Source of the DNA: Labilithrix sp.
GTDB taxonomy: Bacteria; Myxococcota_A; Polyangia; Polyangiales; Polyangiaceae
DNA: 64,000 nucleotides
Direction of reading: 5' to 3'
Assembly: GCA_019637155.1 (NCBI GenBank)
Contig: JAHBWE010000017.1
Span: 147,627 to 211,626 of the forward strand
How positions within the stretch are numbered: the stretch's first letter is position 1; each line of letters starts with the position of its first letter. The notes beneath the pieces are model-generated. The model did no database searches and was not told the origin of the DNA. It saw nothing but the letters and a program-made list of their open reading frames with translations. The position numbers were made by a program, and so were the translations under genes. Below, in pieces: positions 63,176 through 64,000 of this stretch.

Positions 63176-64000
63176 TCGTCGTGCCGAGCGTCGTGAAGAG
63201 GACGATCGCGTCGTCGTCGACCGGGCTGACGGCGAGGGTGAGGTTCCAGACCGGGTTCGCGGGATCGAGGTCGGCGACGTCGTGGCGCGCGAGGTCCGGG
63301 CCGAAGTAGGCAAGCGTCTGCTTCTCGAGCGCGCCTTCCTTGCTCTGCTTGTTGATGAGGGCGACGCGGACGGGCTGCCCGGCGCGGTCGAAGGCCTGCG
63401 CCGCTTGGTTGGCCATCGGGTACACCGCGTGCTCCCAAGCCCCGAGGGGCGGTTGATCGACGGACTCGTCGAAGTACGCGCGATGGATCCACTCTCCATC
63501 AGACCGGCGATGAACGGCGTCGAGGCTGCCGTGACCGCCATGCGCCAGCAGCGTGACGTGCGGAGTCCCGTCCACGGCGACGCCCATCATCGACGGGTTG
63601 GGGTAGCCGGGATCGGGCACGAGCTCGCCGGGTCCGAACTGCCCGGAGCCGGGCTCGAGCTCGGTGGCGTGGCTCAGGGTCACGCCGCCGGCGCAGAAGA
63701 CGTGCGCTCGTCCGGACGCGTCGTGATCGATCTTGAGCTGCTTCCGCGTCGTCCAATCGCCGGCAGCGTCGCCCGTGCACGCGACGGCGACCTCGGATCC
63801 GAACACGCTCGCGCCGGGAGCGGTGGCGCGGTAGCGGATCTCGTCGAGCTTCGTCGCGTTCGGATCGGCGGACCAGTACGCGACCTGCAGCCGGCCGCGG
63901 CTCGCCCCGAGCGCGAGGTCGTAGGTGTGCTTCCCCTGCGCGACGATCGTCGGGCCCGCGGGCTGGGACGTTCCGTTGATCGCCTGGAGCGCCATCAAGG
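63153..64000 (-). CDS. Hypothetical protein, 5' end probably beyond the window (partial)
   Basis: High GC3 and diverse composition (AYWSADPNATKLDEIRYRATAPGASVFGSEVAVACTGD...). The frame is open to the window edge. Confidence 0.55.
   Translation of the reverse strand, partial: LMALQAINGTSQPAGPTIVAQGKHTYDLALGASRGRLQVAYWSADPNATKLDEIRYRATAPGASVFGSEVAVACTGDAAGDWTTRKQLKIDHDASGRAHVFCAGGVTLSHATELEPGSGQFGPGELVPDPGYPNPSMMGVAVDGTPHVTLLAHGGHGSLDAVHRRSDGEWIHRAYFDESVDQPPLGAWEHAVYPMANQAAQAFDRAGQPVRVALINKQSKEGALEKQTLAYFGPDLARHDVADLDPANPVWNLTLAVSPVDDDAIVLFTTLGTTIKLWVAE

Noticed and set aside
1-64000. Search for sigma54 -24/-12 promoters (TGGCAC-N5-TTGCW), which might be expected given the FHA-sigma54 activator
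   Set aside because: Only partial matches were found, for example upstream of 24829 and 53810, with wrong GG-GC spacing. None was convincing enough to annotate by eye.
1-64000. CRISPR arrays, tRNA/rRNA genes, IS elements or integrases
   Set aside because: I saw no regularly spaced repeats of 28-37 bp, no cloverleaf-capable conserved tRNA motifs, and no transposase or integrase-like ORFs. The repeats present are short tandem duplications only.

Overview
This is a very high-GC (about 70-72%) chromosomal segment with a strong GC3 bias. I read it as myxobacterial (Myxococcota-like), based on AgmX/PglI-type TonB-C-like domains, several eukaryotic-like Ser/Thr kinases, an FHA-sigma54 activator, PEGA-like and many lipoproteins, and frequent 4-nt start/stop overlaps (ATGA/GTGA). 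I support about 60 protein-coding genes from the sequence. I found no rRNA, tRNA, CRISPR array or obvious mobile element. Many long antisense ORFs in the six-frame track are GC artefacts, and I trimmed several ORF starts to the biologically sensible initiation codon.

Housekeeping and recognisable genes include EF-G (a standalone paralogue), DNA polymerase II, YebC, an LLM oxidoreductase, a GST, NRDE, MFS transporters, a ClpP-like protease and a DsbA-like protein.

The most distinctive content is:
- A translationally coupled locus at 1067..10916. It holds two paralogous giant envelope proteins (FecR-like, VIT, vWA, AgmX/PglI C-terminal TonB-C-like domain, then TPR) followed by a Pro/Glu/Tyr-rich four-helix membrane protein. 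A third copy of the same TonB-C-like domain sits on a small lipoprotein at 49295..49972.
- A B12-binding radical SAM gene with a Cx4Cx2C cluster, next to a membrane protein carrying a HEFAGH (HExxxH) motif and a further hypothetical gene (50139..53736).
- A 49-aa Cys-rich metallothionein-like ORF between SanA and a siderophore-interacting protein.
- A putative O2/NO/redox neighbourhood: a NUDIX-hemerythrin fusion, a truncated haemoglobin, Rrf2 and a CPYC flavoprotein.
- A protein with a histone-H1-like lysine/alanine-rich tail.
- An ECF sigma, membrane STK, Coq4-TM and Hsp70 operon.
- Repeat features: a perfect 45-bp tandem duplication rich in G-tracts inside a SARP-like regulator, 46-bp intergenic tandem repeats, and (GAGATC)4.
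- A possible frameshifted gene at 62601..63175 and a truncated SDR remnant next to the fusA terminator.
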